From assembly GCA_004295015.1 (NCBI GenBank), contig SHNE01000044.1, forward strand, positions 3,998-67,997: a stretch of DNA of 64,000 nucleotides, in the 5' to 3' direction. How positions within the stretch are numbered: position 1 is the stretch's first letter; the number at the start of each line of letters is the position of its first letter. A program made the translations under genes and the position numbers. Origin of the DNA: Bacteroidota bacterium (GTDB lineage Bacteria; Bacteroidota; Bacteroidia; AKYH767-A; 2013-40CM-41-45). Positions 38,060 through 48,380 of the stretch are shown one piece after another. A model generated the notes under the pieces. The model made no database searches. It worked only from the letters and a program-made list of their open reading frames with translations, and had not been told where the DNA came from.

Positions 38060-39388
38060 ATGAATATTAAAATTCTGGATACATTTCGTTTATTCAAAGA
38101 AAAAGAAGACAATAAAATTGTTCGAAAATCTATTGAACAAGATGTAGTTTTTCACGGAACAAATCTTTGGATTCTATTTTTCGCAATTCTGGTTGCGTCT
38201 TTGGGCCTGAATATGAATTCCACGGCAGTCATTATTGGAGCCATGCTTATCTCTCCGTTAATGGGCCCAATCGTTGGCATCGGATTTGGTGTAGCGATTA
38301 ATGACCTAAGCCTCATTCGTAAGGCCTTTAAGAATTATTTATTTGCAGCCGCGGTAGGACTGGTAGCATCTACAGTCTATTTTTTATTATCACCTATAGA
38401 TGAAGCACATTCGGAAATATTGTCAAGGACATTGCCAACTATTTATGATGTACTTATTGCATTCTTCGGAGGATTTGCCGGAATTATTGCTTTGTCAAGT
38501 AAGCATAAAGGAAACGTAATCGCCGGTGTGGCTATCGCTACAGCCTTAATGCCACCATTGTGTACAGCGGGTTATGGGTTGGCTACCGGGCAATTTAATT
38601 TCTTTCTCGGTGCTTTTTATTTGTATCTGATTAATAGTGTTTTTATAGCATTAGCTACTTTGATCACAACCTATTTCATGAAGTTTCCGGTAAAGAAATA
38701 TGAAGACCCAAGGATTGCAAGAAAAGAAAGAGTAATTCTTTGGTCTGTTGTTAGTGTTACATTGATTCCAAGCATGTATTTGGGTTATGACATTGTCCAG
38801 CAGCACAAATTTATCGACCGATCGAACAGCTTTGTTTCCAACGAAGCAATATTTCCAAACGATTATTTACTTCAAAAAGATATTGACCCTAAGAAACAAA
38901 GCATAATCCTGACTTTTGGAGGAAAGGAAATTCTTCCTGAACAAATCGCAGAGTTGAAATCGAAGCTTAAGTATTACAATCTGGAAGATGCTGCCCTGGA
39001 AGTCAGACAAGGTTTTACTTTTGTGAAGGATGTTGGTTCAGAAGATCGCTTGAGTCAACTTACTCTTGCTATGAAAAGAATGGAAGAGGAGCGACTCATG
39101 ATTAAAATGGATTTGGATAGTCTCACTAATCAGTCTGCAATCAGCCAACAGGTTTATAAAGAATTGAAAACCCAATATCCTGATTTGAAAGAGGCAATAA
39201 TCCAACCTGTATCAGTAAATAGCGATTCGCTTCAAGGGCAGATAGCCACACATCTTGTTGTGCTTTCCCTTAAGAATAAATTAGATGAACCGGATCAAAG
39301 AAAGTTAGAAAACTGGTTAAAGGTCAGACTCAATAATGAAAGTATTAGGTTGCTGATAGAAATTCATAAGGACGAATCTAAAAAATAA
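38060..39388 (+). CDS. DUF389-family membrane protein (TIGR00341-like hydrophobic domain plus a C-terminal soluble domain)
   Basis: GAMLISPLMGPIVGIGFG and ALMPPLCTAGYGLATGQ motifs are characteristic of DUF389. Confidence 0.6.
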   Translation: MNIKILDTFRLFKEKEDNKIVRKSIEQDVVFHGTNLWILFFAILVASLGLNMNSTAVIIGAMLISPLMGPIVGIGFGVAINDLSLIRKAFKNYLFAAAVGLVASTVYFLLSPIDEAHSEILSRTLPTIYDVLIAFFGGFAGIIALSSKHKGNVIAGVAIATALMPPLCTAGYGLATGQFNFFLGAFYLYLINSVFIALATLITTYFMKFPVKKYEDPRIARKERVILWSVVSVTLIPSMYLGYDIVQQHKFIDRSNSFVSNEAIFPNDYLLQKDIDPKKQSIILTFGGKEILPEQIAELKSKLKYYNLEDAALEVRQGFTFVKDVGSEDRLSQLTLAMKRMEEERLMIKMDLDSLTNQSAISQQVYKELKTQYPDLKEAIIQPVSVNSDSLQGQIATHLVVLSLKNKLDEPDQRKLENWLKVRLNNESIRLLIEIHKDESKK

Positions 39389-39928
39389 TTTCGGTTTGAC
39401 TTTTTTGGAGCGCTTCAATTAGTGACTTGTGTCGTGTTTTTTACTGTTTGATATCAAACTTCTTATTCAGCACAATTTCCTTGCATCTAATCCTGCAGAA
39501 TAAATTTACGATGTACAATATTTCGGATTGTAAATCTTTAATTTACATTAGGGTTTTTCATGTCAACGCTATTTCCAGGATCTTCAAAGAATCAATCGTT
39601 CGAATCTCAATTAAGCATATAATATCTTAATAAAGAGTCATTTAGCTTATTTATTTAGGTATGTCCCTTGCCTGATGATTTCTAGGATAAAGGTTTAATT
39701 GCCAAACTCTCCCGTTTTATTCAGACAGCCAAAACAGAATTATACTGCACTTTTTGAAGATGCTGTGTCGGTTTTTATCCAAGAATACCCCACCCGGGGG
39801 AGGCGTTTTTTATACTTTTAGACACGGTATAATCCCTTGATGACCTTATAATAATTGCCCTGTAAATCGGTATATTTACATTGATTTTGGTTCTGTGAAC
39901 GTATTTTATAAACAAGCCCCGGTATCCA

Positions 39929-42040
39929 ATGAAGATCACAAAATTGTTGTTTGTCCTATCCGCAATTTATACGTTGCCCTTCATAACTCATGCACAAATT
40001 CTCAGCGACTATGCTCCGGTTACTATTGCCGTTAGTCGTGACACAAGTGTAAATCCCCAGGCGATTCCTGTTAATACAAGCAAGATCGCTGTCTTCAGTT
40101 CAGGAAATTTTTCAGGTGTGCTCACAGCGAATCCGGCAAGCGGGAGAGTTACAATAACCGATGCAAAGCCTGTGGGAAACTATACTATCACAGTGAAAGC
40201 TTTTAGTTCTTCCGGAACAAGCAGCACAAAGACCTTCTCGCTCATAGTAAATAATACGGAATGCAGTGATGGTCGTTTTAGTGGAAACTTTAATTACCCG
40301 ATTATACGACCAAACCTCACCGGACTGGCCATTGGTGATTTTAACGGCGATGATAAACAAGATTTACTTGCTGCACATTTGGGATATAATTCTGTATCCA
40401 TACGTTTAGGAAATGGTACTGGTGGATTTACCGGCAACACGGAGGAAGGTGTGAGTTCACATCCCTATTCTTTGGCAGTAGGTGATTTTGATCGTGACGG
40501 TAAGCAGGATTTTATTGTAAGTAATGAAGGGGCCAATCTGATTGCTGTTCGATTGGGAAATGGTGCCGGAGCATTTGGAAGCATGCCAAATGTTCCTGTT
40601 GGGACTGCGCCTGCAATCGTAGCACTGGGAGATTTTAACAACGATGCGAAATTAGATTTTGCAGTTGCAAATTTTCAGTCAAATACTGTATCAATACGCT
40701 TAGGAGATGGTTCCGGGAACTTCAGTGGATCATTAAATCTACCGGTCGGTTCTTATCCTGAGTTTGTCGCGGTAGAAGATATTAACCATGATGGTAATGA
40801 TGATATCCTTGTAAGCAACAGCGGTTCGCAAAGTGTTTCAGTTCGTTTAGGAAATGGAAATGCTACATTCACTTCCATGCCTGATGTCCCTGTAGGTTAC
40901 AATGCATATAGTATCGGTTTGGGCGATTTCAATAGTGATGGAAATTTGGATATGGCCGTAAGTAATTTTGCTTCGAACACACTCTCGCTTCGCTTTGGAG
41001 ATGGAACCGGTGCTTTTACAGGATCAGGTAATATCCCAATTCCCGGTGGCCCATATTCCGTCACGATCGGAAATTTTAATGGCGATGGCCATCTTGATTT
41101 AGCAGTGACAATTTATTTTCAAAATAAAGTTTCTATTTTGCTTGGTGATGGGGCCGGCGGATTTACATTTCAAAATCAGGTTGCTGTTGGTTCTTATCCG
41201 GTTTATGTCGTGGCAGGTGATTTCAACGGGGATAGAAGGCAGGATCTTGCAGTTGCAAATTATACTGATCATAACATTTCTGTCCGTTTAGGAATCAATG
41301 GAACTCCGTCAATTAGTCCGGTCGCCAGTAATAGCCCTGTGTGTGAAGGTCAGACCGTACAGTTTTATTCTACAGGTGGGAACTCCTTTTTATGGTCCGG
41401 ACCAAATGGTTTCTCTTCAAGCACGCAGAATCCTGTTATTTTAAATTCGCTTGCTTCTCATTCAGGAATTTACTCTCTTAGTTTTGCAGACAACAATAAT
41501 TGTTCTGCAACAGTATCAACTATTGTAAGAGTGAATCCGCCGCCTCTTGTTTCCAGCATGCTTGTTCAGGATTCCATCTGTAGCGACGATGCTCCAATAA
41601 TTCTTAGCGGAGGCATACCGGCCGGTGGTGTTTTTTCCGGCCCGGGAGTCTTACCAGGTAATATATTTGATCCTGCATTAGTTGTTGCCGGAAATTATTA
41701 TCTTAATTATTCATACACTGATGCTAATCATTGTTCAAGCTCTGCAATAGATAAAATTTCAGTGCTCATTTGTACAGGAAGGGATGAGTTAGACAGTCAG
41801 GATCGATTAACAATTTATCCTAATCCGGCTAAGGATTTTTTTTATGTAAATCTTCGTTCAAAGCTGGGTATGTATCAGATCGAATTATTTAACATAGAAT
41901 GCAAGCTTGTCAGGCGCTGGAACCCTGATGGCGAACAGGTTTATAAATGTTTAATTTCAGACCTGCCTTCCGGAGTTTATTTTCTGAAATACAATTCAGC
42001 CCAGGGCATAAAAATGATTCAGCTTGAAATTTTAAACTGA
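39929..42040 (+). CDS. Secreted FG-GAP/VCBS-repeat beta-propeller protein with an Ig-like domain and a T9SS C-terminal sorting domain
   Basis: Signal peptide. At least eight repeats of GDFNGDxKxDxxxxN...VSIRLGNG. The C-terminal LTIYPNPAKDFFYVNL...GVYFLKYNSAQGIKMIQLEILN is a Por_Secre_tail. Confidence 0.75.
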   Translation: MKITKLLFVLSAIYTLPFITHAQILSDYAPVTIAVSRDTSVNPQAIPVNTSKIAVFSSGNFSGVLTANPASGRVTITDAKPVGNYTITVKAFSSSGTSSTKTFSLIVNNTECSDGRFSGNFNYPIIRPNLTGLAIGDFNGDDKQDLLAAHLGYNSVSIRLGNGTGGFTGNTEEGVSSHPYSLAVGDFDRDGKQDFIVSNEGANLIAVRLGNGAGAFGSMPNVPVGTAPAIVALGDFNNDAKLDFAVANFQSNTVSIRLGDGSGNFSGSLNLPVGSYPEFVAVEDINHDGNDDILVSNSGSQSVSVRLGNGNATFTSMPDVPVGYNAYSIGLGDFNSDGNLDMAVSNFASNTLSLRFGDGTGAFTGSGNIPIPGGPYSVTIGNFNGDGHLDLAVTIYFQNKVSILLGDGAGGFTFQNQVAVGSYPVYVVAGDFNGDRRQDLAVANYTDHNISVRLGINGTPSISPVASNSPVCEGQTVQFYSTGGNSFLWSGPNGFSSSTQNPVILNSLASHSGIYSLSFADNNNCSATVSTIVRVNPPPLVSSMLVQDSICSDDAPIILSGGIPAGGVFSGPGVLPGNIFDPALVVAGNYYLNYSYTDANHCSSSAIDKISVLICTGRDELDSQDRLTIYPNPAKDFFYVNLRSKLGMYQIELFNIECKLVRRWNPDGEQVYKCLISDLPSGVYFLKYNSAQGIKMIQLEILN

Positions 42041-42099
42041 TATTATTATTCCCTGCTAGCCCTGAATGAAGAAAAAATTTAATACCGGATAAAAGTCTA

Positions 42100-45000
42100 T
42101 CATCGTTTCTTCCATCTGCTACCAAACAGTAGAATCTTTCTAAGCACATCCCAAACCAGTGCGAAGTAGAAGAGGATTGTCATTGCCCATATCACGGCGA
42201 TATTCACTGTGAAGGTATCATAGGTTTTTCCGAAAAATGATTTTGTTGGAGTGAAGAACATTCCCTTTAACGAATTTTCAGAGGGATTTACTCTGAAGAC
42301 AGGTTCGAAATAACTTATAACCTCATCCTTGTAAACACGGAGACGTTCCATTCCTGAACTGTTTCGTACAATTTGATCCAGACTCTCATTGTAGTAATCT
42401 CTTTTTCTTTCTCGGAATTCTCTTTGTCCATCCGGACTGCTTGTCATTTTTTCAATGATAGCTTCCTTCTTTTCACTGCTGGAATTAAATTGTTCGATGT
42501 AAAAATCTTTCAGATTTTCTAAATCCTTTCGCATTGTTTGAATGGTACTCATATCAGGCTTGCCGGCGTCATTGGTTTTTAACGTTAACAATTTAAGACG
42601 GGAATTCACTTTTTGCTCTTTCGTAAGTTCATTATAAACCAGTTTCAGGATTGTGTTCAGAGAGTCTGTTGAAGCACCTTTTCCTATAAGTCGTTCGCTT
42701 TTGTCTGTTCTTTCTCTTAATATTGGTATCCACCAGTCTTTTTTAAAGGTGGCTTCACTCATCTTTGCGTCAAGTGCAAAGAAGTCTCTCTCAAACTTAT
42801 TTTCTCTGAATTGATAAACACTCAGCGCTTCAAAAGCCCAACGCGATGCCATCACATTTCCGACGAACGGAACTTCAGCAGGATCACTGATGATAGGATT
42901 TAGCTTTTCAAATTTAACTATTACTCCACTCAGTAAAATTTGAGGTATGATGAGAAATGGAATTAAGATATAAATGGTAACAACAGAATCCAATCCTGAT
43001 GAAATATTTAGTCCAACCAGATTTGCGAAACAGGCGGTGGTAAATAATACCCACCAATATTGTAGCAGCATATCCTGAACCCCAAAGATTAGATTGCCTA
43101 TCAACACAAAAGATAAGGTTTGTATAGCCGAAACAATAAATAACAAAGCAATTTTCGAAAATAAATAACTTTGCCTGCTTAAATTCAGGAATTTTTCCCG
43201 CTGAAGAATTTTTCTGTCACGAATTATCTCTTCAGCACTTGCAGTCATTCCAAGAAATAAAGCAACTATAACGCATATAAATAAGTAAGCCGGTAAATTC
43301 GGATTATCGGTAAAGGAATAAGCTTCTCCGGGATTTGTATAACGTAGTATAAACCCCAAAATACCCGCGAGCAATGGAGCTTCGAGTAGGGTAATAGCCA
43401 TGTATTGTTTATTACTCAGCTTGGATAAAAAGTCGCGCGTAAAAAACACCCGCCACTGACGAAAGTAATTCGCTTTGTTTCCACTCGCATGAGTCTCTGC
43501 ATTTTCAAGTGCGCTTTTGTTTTCCTGTTCTGTCTTTTTCTTGTACCATTCATACCATTCCTTTGGGGAAATTTTTCTGATCCCTGTCCTGTTTCCAAAC
43601 TCATCGACAACTTCCTGATCAATAATATTAAAAATTTGTTCGGAGTTAATATTTCCGCAAGCCGGACATTCACTTTCGTCAGCATCTGCAAACTGTGCTT
43701 GTCTTTTGAAGTAAAGCAAAGAATCGGATGGGTTGCCGTAATAAATTGGATAGCCACCGGTATCAAGAATTAAAAGTCTGTCGAACATTCTGAAAATATC
43801 TGACGATGGTTGATGAATAACTACAAAAACCAATTTACCGCTAAGCGTCAATTGCTTCAACAGATCCATGACATTCTCTGCATCATGAGACGAGAGTCCG
43901 GAAGTTGGCTCGTCGACAAACAATACCGCCGGCTCACGGATAAGTTCCAAAGCAATATTAAGTCGTTTTCTTTGCCCGCCACTGATCGTCTTGTTCAGCG
44001 CATTTCCCACTTTCAATTCCGCTGTTTCTGTAAGTCCAAGGGAATCGAGCATGTTCATCACACGTACACGAATCTCCTCGTCAGAATCTTTTCCATAGAC
44101 AAGCTTCGTATTGTAAAACAAGTTTTGATACACACTCAACTCTTCAATCAACAAATCATCCTGAGGTATATTCCCAATCATTCCTTCAAGAACTCCTGCT
44201 TCTTTGTAAACGTCTTTTCCATTCAGCAATAATTTTCCTGAAGACACCGGAGAGGTCCCGTTCAGTACACTTAGCAATGTGGATTTTCCTGCCCCGCTGC
44301 TTCCCATGATTCCAACCAGTTCTCCGGAATTGGATGTGATGTTCAAAGAATGCAATCCTGTTTTCCCATTCGGAAATTTGAATTCGAGATTTTCAGCCCG
44401 AAGCTGTATTGGACGAATTTCTTTTTTATCAATGAAAAAGTTTAATACATCACTGTAGTATAAAGCCTGAATTTTTTGGCCACGTAAAACAGCGCCTTGT
44501 GTAAACACCGATACTTTTTCCGGATCCACCGGTTTTCCGTTTACGGTGAGGATGTCTTTTCCGGTGTAACGAAGGAAAAACATCCCTGCCGGCTCTATGT
44601 TTAGGAACCAAATCGTCTGATCCAAATCGGCATGTTGCAATTGATGGTATTGATGTGTGACTGAATCAGCATTTTTTCTTACACACAAAACAGACTTATC
44701 TTCAAGTGTACTCACATCAGGATTCTTCTGCGCCAAAGCCAGACAAAGCTGTTGTAAATTTTGTTCAATATTAAAAACTGTTGCAACCGTTTCTAAAAAT
44801 TCTCTCTCCGGCTCTGTGATAGCTGAATCAGAACTATGCATAAATTCGACCAGACGGATAAATACAATATATTTCTGACTGGTATTTAGTTCCTTATTGA
44901 TTTCAGTACAAATGCGCAAAGCTTTAACAGAACTCAGTGCAAGCTTCTTTCTTGCTTTTGTCAGATCTTCCCCTCCTTGTAAAGCCAGTAAATGTTGATC

Positions 45001-45150
45001 GAAAAGTTCCAGGTATTCAGGGATTCTTTGCAGACTAAGTTGTTGCCTTAAAAATGCTTCTACAACTGAACGGCTTTGCAAGGTTAACCTTTCGAGACTC
45101 GCGCCAATGGCAAACAGTTGCATTAAAGCTCTTAATATTCTTTCACTCAT
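42100..45150 (-). CDS. ABC transporter, fused ATPase plus ABC-2 permease (ABCG-like), with a roughly 250-aa N-terminal domain of unknown function
   Basis: Walker A (GIMGSSGAGKSTLL), signature (LSGGQRKRLNIALELI), Walker B (VLFVDEPTSGLS) and a C-terminal six-transmembrane ABC-2 region. Confidence 0.85.
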   Translation of the reverse strand: MSERILRALMQLFAIGASLERLTLQSRSVVEAFLRQQLSLQRIPEYLELFDQHLLALQGGEDLTKARKKLALSSVKALRICTEINKELNTSQKYIVFIRLVEFMHSSDSAITEPEREFLETVATVFNIEQNLQQLCLALAQKNPDVSTLEDKSVLCVRKNADSVTHQYHQLQHADLDQTIWFLNIEPAGMFFLRYTGKDILTVNGKPVDPEKVSVFTQGAVLRGQKIQALYYSDVLNFFIDKKEIRPIQLRAENLEFKFPNGKTGLHSLNITSNSGELVGIMGSSGAGKSTLLSVLNGTSPVSSGKLLLNGKDVYKEAGVLEGMIGNIPQDDLLIEELSVYQNLFYNTKLVYGKDSDEEIRVRVMNMLDSLGLTETAELKVGNALNKTISGGQRKRLNIALELIREPAVLFVDEPTSGLSSHDAENVMDLLKQLTLSGKLVFVVIHQPSSDIFRMFDRLLILDTGGYPIYYGNPSDSLLYFKRQAQFADADESECPACGNINSEQIFNIIDQEVVDEFGNRTGIRKISPKEWYEWYKKKTEQENKSALENAETHASGNKANYFRQWRVFFTRDFLSKLSNKQYMAITLLEAPLLAGILGFILRYTNPGEAYSFTDNPNLPAYLFICVIVALFLGMTASAEEIIRDRKILQREKFLNLSRQSYLFSKIALLFIVSAIQTLSFVLIGNLIFGVQDMLLQYWWVLFTTACFANLVGLNISSGLDSVVTIYILIPFLIIPQILLSGVIVKFEKLNPIISDPAEVPFVGNVMASRWAFEALSVYQFRENKFERDFFALDAKMSEATFKKDWWIPILRERTDKSERLIGKGASTDSLNTILKLVYNELTKEQKVNSRLKLLTLKTNDAGKPDMSTIQTMRKDLENLKDFYIEQFNSSSEKKEAIIEKMTSSPDGQREFRERKRDYYNESLDQIVRNSSGMERLRVYKDEVISYFEPVFRVNPSENSLKGMFFTPTKSFFGKTYDTFTVNIAVIWAMTILFYFALVWDVLRKILLFGSRWKKR

Positions 45151-45246
45151 AAAAAACGATTATGTACACGGTTGATAAAAGACAGGGTTAAATGTAGAAA
45201 AATTTAACTGCTATCCCACTATGAAAATGTGAAGGAAGTGGGATGT

Positions 45247-45286
45247 AAAAAAAAAGACCGTCCGGTTAATCCGGACGATCTTTTTT
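45247..45286. terminator. Bidirectional Rho-independent terminator
   Basis: AAAAAAAAGAC-CGTCCGG-ttaat-CCGGACG-ATCTTTTTT, a stem flanked by A and T runs. Confidence 0.7.
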
Positions 45287-45311
45287 AAGAATTACCTGAG
45301 GGGCCAAAATT

Positions 45312-46169
45312 TTAACCAATCATGCCATCGCGGACTTTCTTCACCGCTGCGGATAATTTTTCCAGATTGGCTTTATCAAGATCTTCCGGTGCCTTAATGC
45401 TGTCGTAAGTTTTTTTCAATTCTTCCAACTGAATATAAAGCTGAGCAGAGCTGGGGATTTTTTTCAACTCAGTGAATAAATTCACCAGGTTATCTACATA
45501 TAACTTTTGATTGTAAATTTTTTCGAAGATGTCGGAGTTTTCTTTAACACGCTCACGGTCTTTCATTAATTCAATGCTCAGGTATTGAACTTCGATGATT
45601 GTACCGGCTAATACGTGTGCAGCAACTTCAAGACGCTTATTGGTTTTAAGAAATGCATCAGTCTCAGCATAAGCGCGATCAATCATTTTAATGAGTGAAT
45701 CTTTGTTATCAGCATTCTCACGAAAGGTTGTAGTGAAGTTATCAAAAGTTTCCTGTACACCTAGTTTTTCAGAGAGCTTACGCGTACTTGCATAGTATTC
45801 TAAAAGATCCTGATTTTGCCCATAGAAGGCAGCATAAGCCATATCAATACCATAGACACCATAGTTGATAGCTTTTTTGTAAGCCGTATTGTATTTTCCT
45901 TCAGATGCCGGTGGATTCAGCAAGTCCTTGTTAAAAGGAACTTCGTGCTGATAAATGGCATTGATAATTTCCATAGGTGATGGAAGATTGGCAATCGTAT
46001 AAAAGAATTTAAAGTCGAGCAATTCTTTTGCAGCTATCGAGGCAGAATCTTGTGGTTCTTCCATGGAAGCGTCAATCGATTCCTCTGCTACTTGCTCAGT
46101 TTTATTACTGCTGCAAGAAAAGAGAATGCCGGTGCTGACCAGACTGAAAACAAGGAGAAGCTTTTTCAT
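45312..46169 (-). CDS. Lipoprotein, hypothetical
   Basis: MKKLLLVFSLVSTGILFSC lipobox. Helical with many charged residues. The track ORF extends to 46217. Confidence 0.55.
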   Translation of the reverse strand: MKKLLLVFSLVSTGILFSCSSNKTEQVAEESIDASMEEPQDSASIAAKELLDFKFFYTIANLPSPMEIINAIYQHEVPFNKDLLNPPASEGKYNTAYKKAINYGVYGIDMAYAAFYGQNQDLLEYYASTRKLSEKLGVQETFDNFTTTFRENADNKDSLIKMIDRAYAETDAFLKTNKRLEVAAHVLAGTIIEVQYLSIELMKDRERVKENSDIFEKIYNQKLYVDNLVNLFTELKKIPSSAQLYIQLEELKKTYDSIKAPEDLDKANLEKLSAAVKKVRDGMIG

Positions 46170-46314
46170 AAATAATTGAGATTTGATGCAAAAATAGAAA
46201 GGATTGGCTAAAATCAAAGAAGTTTAGCAATCCGGATTTCGAATTATGACATTTGGATGTGCAAATTGCCAGATCCTTTTAAAATGCCTTATTTCGTGAT
46301 GAAGATACGGATTA

Positions 46315-48342
46315 ATGTCAAAAACCAAAGTTCCCCATCGTAAAAAGCCTGCAGAGGCTAAAATCCCTAAGGATAACGCATTTCTTGTCTCAATCGGCTG
46401 GATTGCATTACTTTCCCTAGGGACATGGATGCTCTACTCATCCTCCCTTAAATTCGACATTCTCAATTGGGATGAGAAGCACTATATATATGAGCAGAGT
46501 ATGACCCTCGGAGTTTCTTGGGAAAATATACAGGCAATGTTCTCGAAAAAAGTGCTGGGTAGTTACAATCCATTAGTGTTAGTCTCCTTCGCCATTGATC
46601 ACGACCTCTCTGATTCCAAAGCTTCCTGGTATCATGGGGTGAACGTGTTTTTTCATATTCTAAATACTCTTTTACTCTTTGCTGTCGTTCGTAAACTTGG
46701 TTTTCGCCCCTTGATCGCCGGCTTTGTAGCCTTGCTCTTCGCCATTCATCCGATGCACATAGAATCCGTAGCCTGGATTGCAAGCAGAAAGGACGTATTG
46801 ATGGGCTTCTTTATGTTTTCTTCCTGGCTGATCTACCTGCAATTTAGAAAAACGAAAAAATGGTATACGTATGCCTTTAGTATTTTGCTGTTTCTATTTG
46901 CACTCTTATCGAAAGCACAAGCGGTGACGCTTCCATTGATATTTATTTTGTCTGATTACCTTCAGGATAAAACATGGACTTGGAAAGCTCTCTATAACAA
47001 AATTCCATTCTTAATTCTTTCCCTGATTATTGGCTATGTTGCAGTAAGCGGAAGTACTTTCTCGGCTGACAAGTATGCCATACCATTGAGTTTTATTGAT
47101 AAGATTTCATATTCTCTCATTGCTCTTTGGGTCTATATTTATAAGGCGATTCTCCCCATTCAGCAAAGTGCCATCTATGCTTTTCCGGAGAAAGGCTCAC
47201 AACAATTTATTCTTCAATTAATCATCAGTACTCTTTTGGTTATTGGAGCCGCATGGCTCATAGTAAAAAATTTCCGGGCCAGGCCGCTTATTGCTTTTGC
47301 CTTGTTGTTTTTTCTGATGAATACATTTCTCACTTTGCATATTGTTGCCGTAAACAGTTCACTTATTTACGAACGTTTCGCTTATCTCAGTTATATCGGT
47401 CTCTTTTTTCTTGTTGCTCTTCCTTTGGGGAATGAGAAATTTAAAAAGCAGGCACCTTGGTTCTTTGCGGGAGTCTGTATACTTTTTGCCTACCTCACAA
47501 GTCAGAGATTACCGGTATGGAAAAACAGTATCGCTTTGTGGACCGATACAATTGAAAAAAATCCAAGTTCCAGCGAAGCATATAATAATCGTGGCGACTA
47601 CTATAATTCCGCTGGAGTGTTAGACAAAGCATTCGAAGACTTTACAAATTCAACGAAAGTAAATACTAAGCAACCAAATGCATTTAATAATCTCGCAGTA
47701 ATATGGTTCAAGCGTAATGATCTTGATAAAGCATTGGTAGAAAATCAGAAAGCCCTTGATCTTGATCCGGAGTATGCACAAGCAACATCAAACAGGGGTA
47801 TTTTATATTTTAATAAAGGACAAATGGATTCTGCCAAATTCTATTATAGAAAGGCAATAGGTCTTTTACCTAATTATGCCTTTGCCATTTGTAATCTTGG
47901 ATCTGTATATCTCAAAGAGGAAAAGCCCGACTCTGCCATTATGTATTACAAACAAGCTCTTGCAATTCAAACTCAGTATCATGATGCGAGTAAATATTTA
48001 GGGCTGGCATATCTGAAAAAACAAGCCTTCGATGATGCAGAGCAGGCAATGTACAATGCACAAAAGATGAGTAAGACATCAGATGCTTTACAAGTTCTCA
48101 GTTCAGAGTATGTGATCCTTGCTTCGAAAGCATTTCACAACGATGAAAAAGATAAGGCTATACTCTTGTGTGAAAGAGCCATAAAAGCAAATCCTCAAAA
48201 TGCGGAAGCATATTATAATCTTGGCGGCTATTACATGACCCTACAAAATCTCACAAAGACTAGAGAGAACTGGAAAAAGGCCCTGCAGATTAATCCAAAC
48301 TACAAAGAAGCAAAAGAATGGTTGGAGAGGATAGGGGGCTAA
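46315..48342 (+). CDS. TMTC-like protein: N-terminal polytopic (PMT/DUF2723-like) membrane domain fused to C-terminal TPR repeats
   Basis: About 11 transmembrane helices in the first 400 aa. At least seven TPR units (AYNNRGDYY, AFNNLAVIW, ...) in the C-terminal 270 aa. Confidence 0.6.
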   Translation: MSKTKVPHRKKPAEAKIPKDNAFLVSIGWIALLSLGTWMLYSSSLKFDILNWDEKHYIYEQSMTLGVSWENIQAMFSKKVLGSYNPLVLVSFAIDHDLSDSKASWYHGVNVFFHILNTLLLFAVVRKLGFRPLIAGFVALLFAIHPMHIESVAWIASRKDVLMGFFMFSSWLIYLQFRKTKKWYTYAFSILLFLFALLSKAQAVTLPLIFILSDYLQDKTWTWKALYNKIPFLILSLIIGYVAVSGSTFSADKYAIPLSFIDKISYSLIALWVYIYKAILPIQQSAIYAFPEKGSQQFILQLIISTLLVIGAAWLIVKNFRARPLIAFALLFFLMNTFLTLHIVAVNSSLIYERFAYLSYIGLFFLVALPLGNEKFKKQAPWFFAGVCILFAYLTSQRLPVWKNSIALWTDTIEKNPSSSEAYNNRGDYYNSAGVLDKAFEDFTNSTKVNTKQPNAFNNLAVIWFKRNDLDKALVENQKALDLDPEYAQATSNRGILYFNKGQMDSAKFYYRKAIGLLPNYAFAICNLGSVYLKEEKPDSAIMYYKQALAIQTQYHDASKYLGLAYLKKQAFDDAEQAMYNAQKMSKTSDALQVLSSEYVILASKAFHNDEKDKAILLCERAIKANPQNAEAYYNLGGYYMTLQNLTKTRENWKKALQINPNYKEAKEWLERIGG

Positions 48343-48380
48343 AACTTCTGAATCTACCCTTCATTCACTACCTTTACCAC

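Noticed and set aside
39427-39630. 67-aa ORF in the long intergenic region before the FG-GAP gene
   Set aside because: It is made of AT-rich codons with Ile/Phe/Ser bias typical of random AT-rich DNA and has no promoter or terminator context. I retain it only as part of the long-gap observation.
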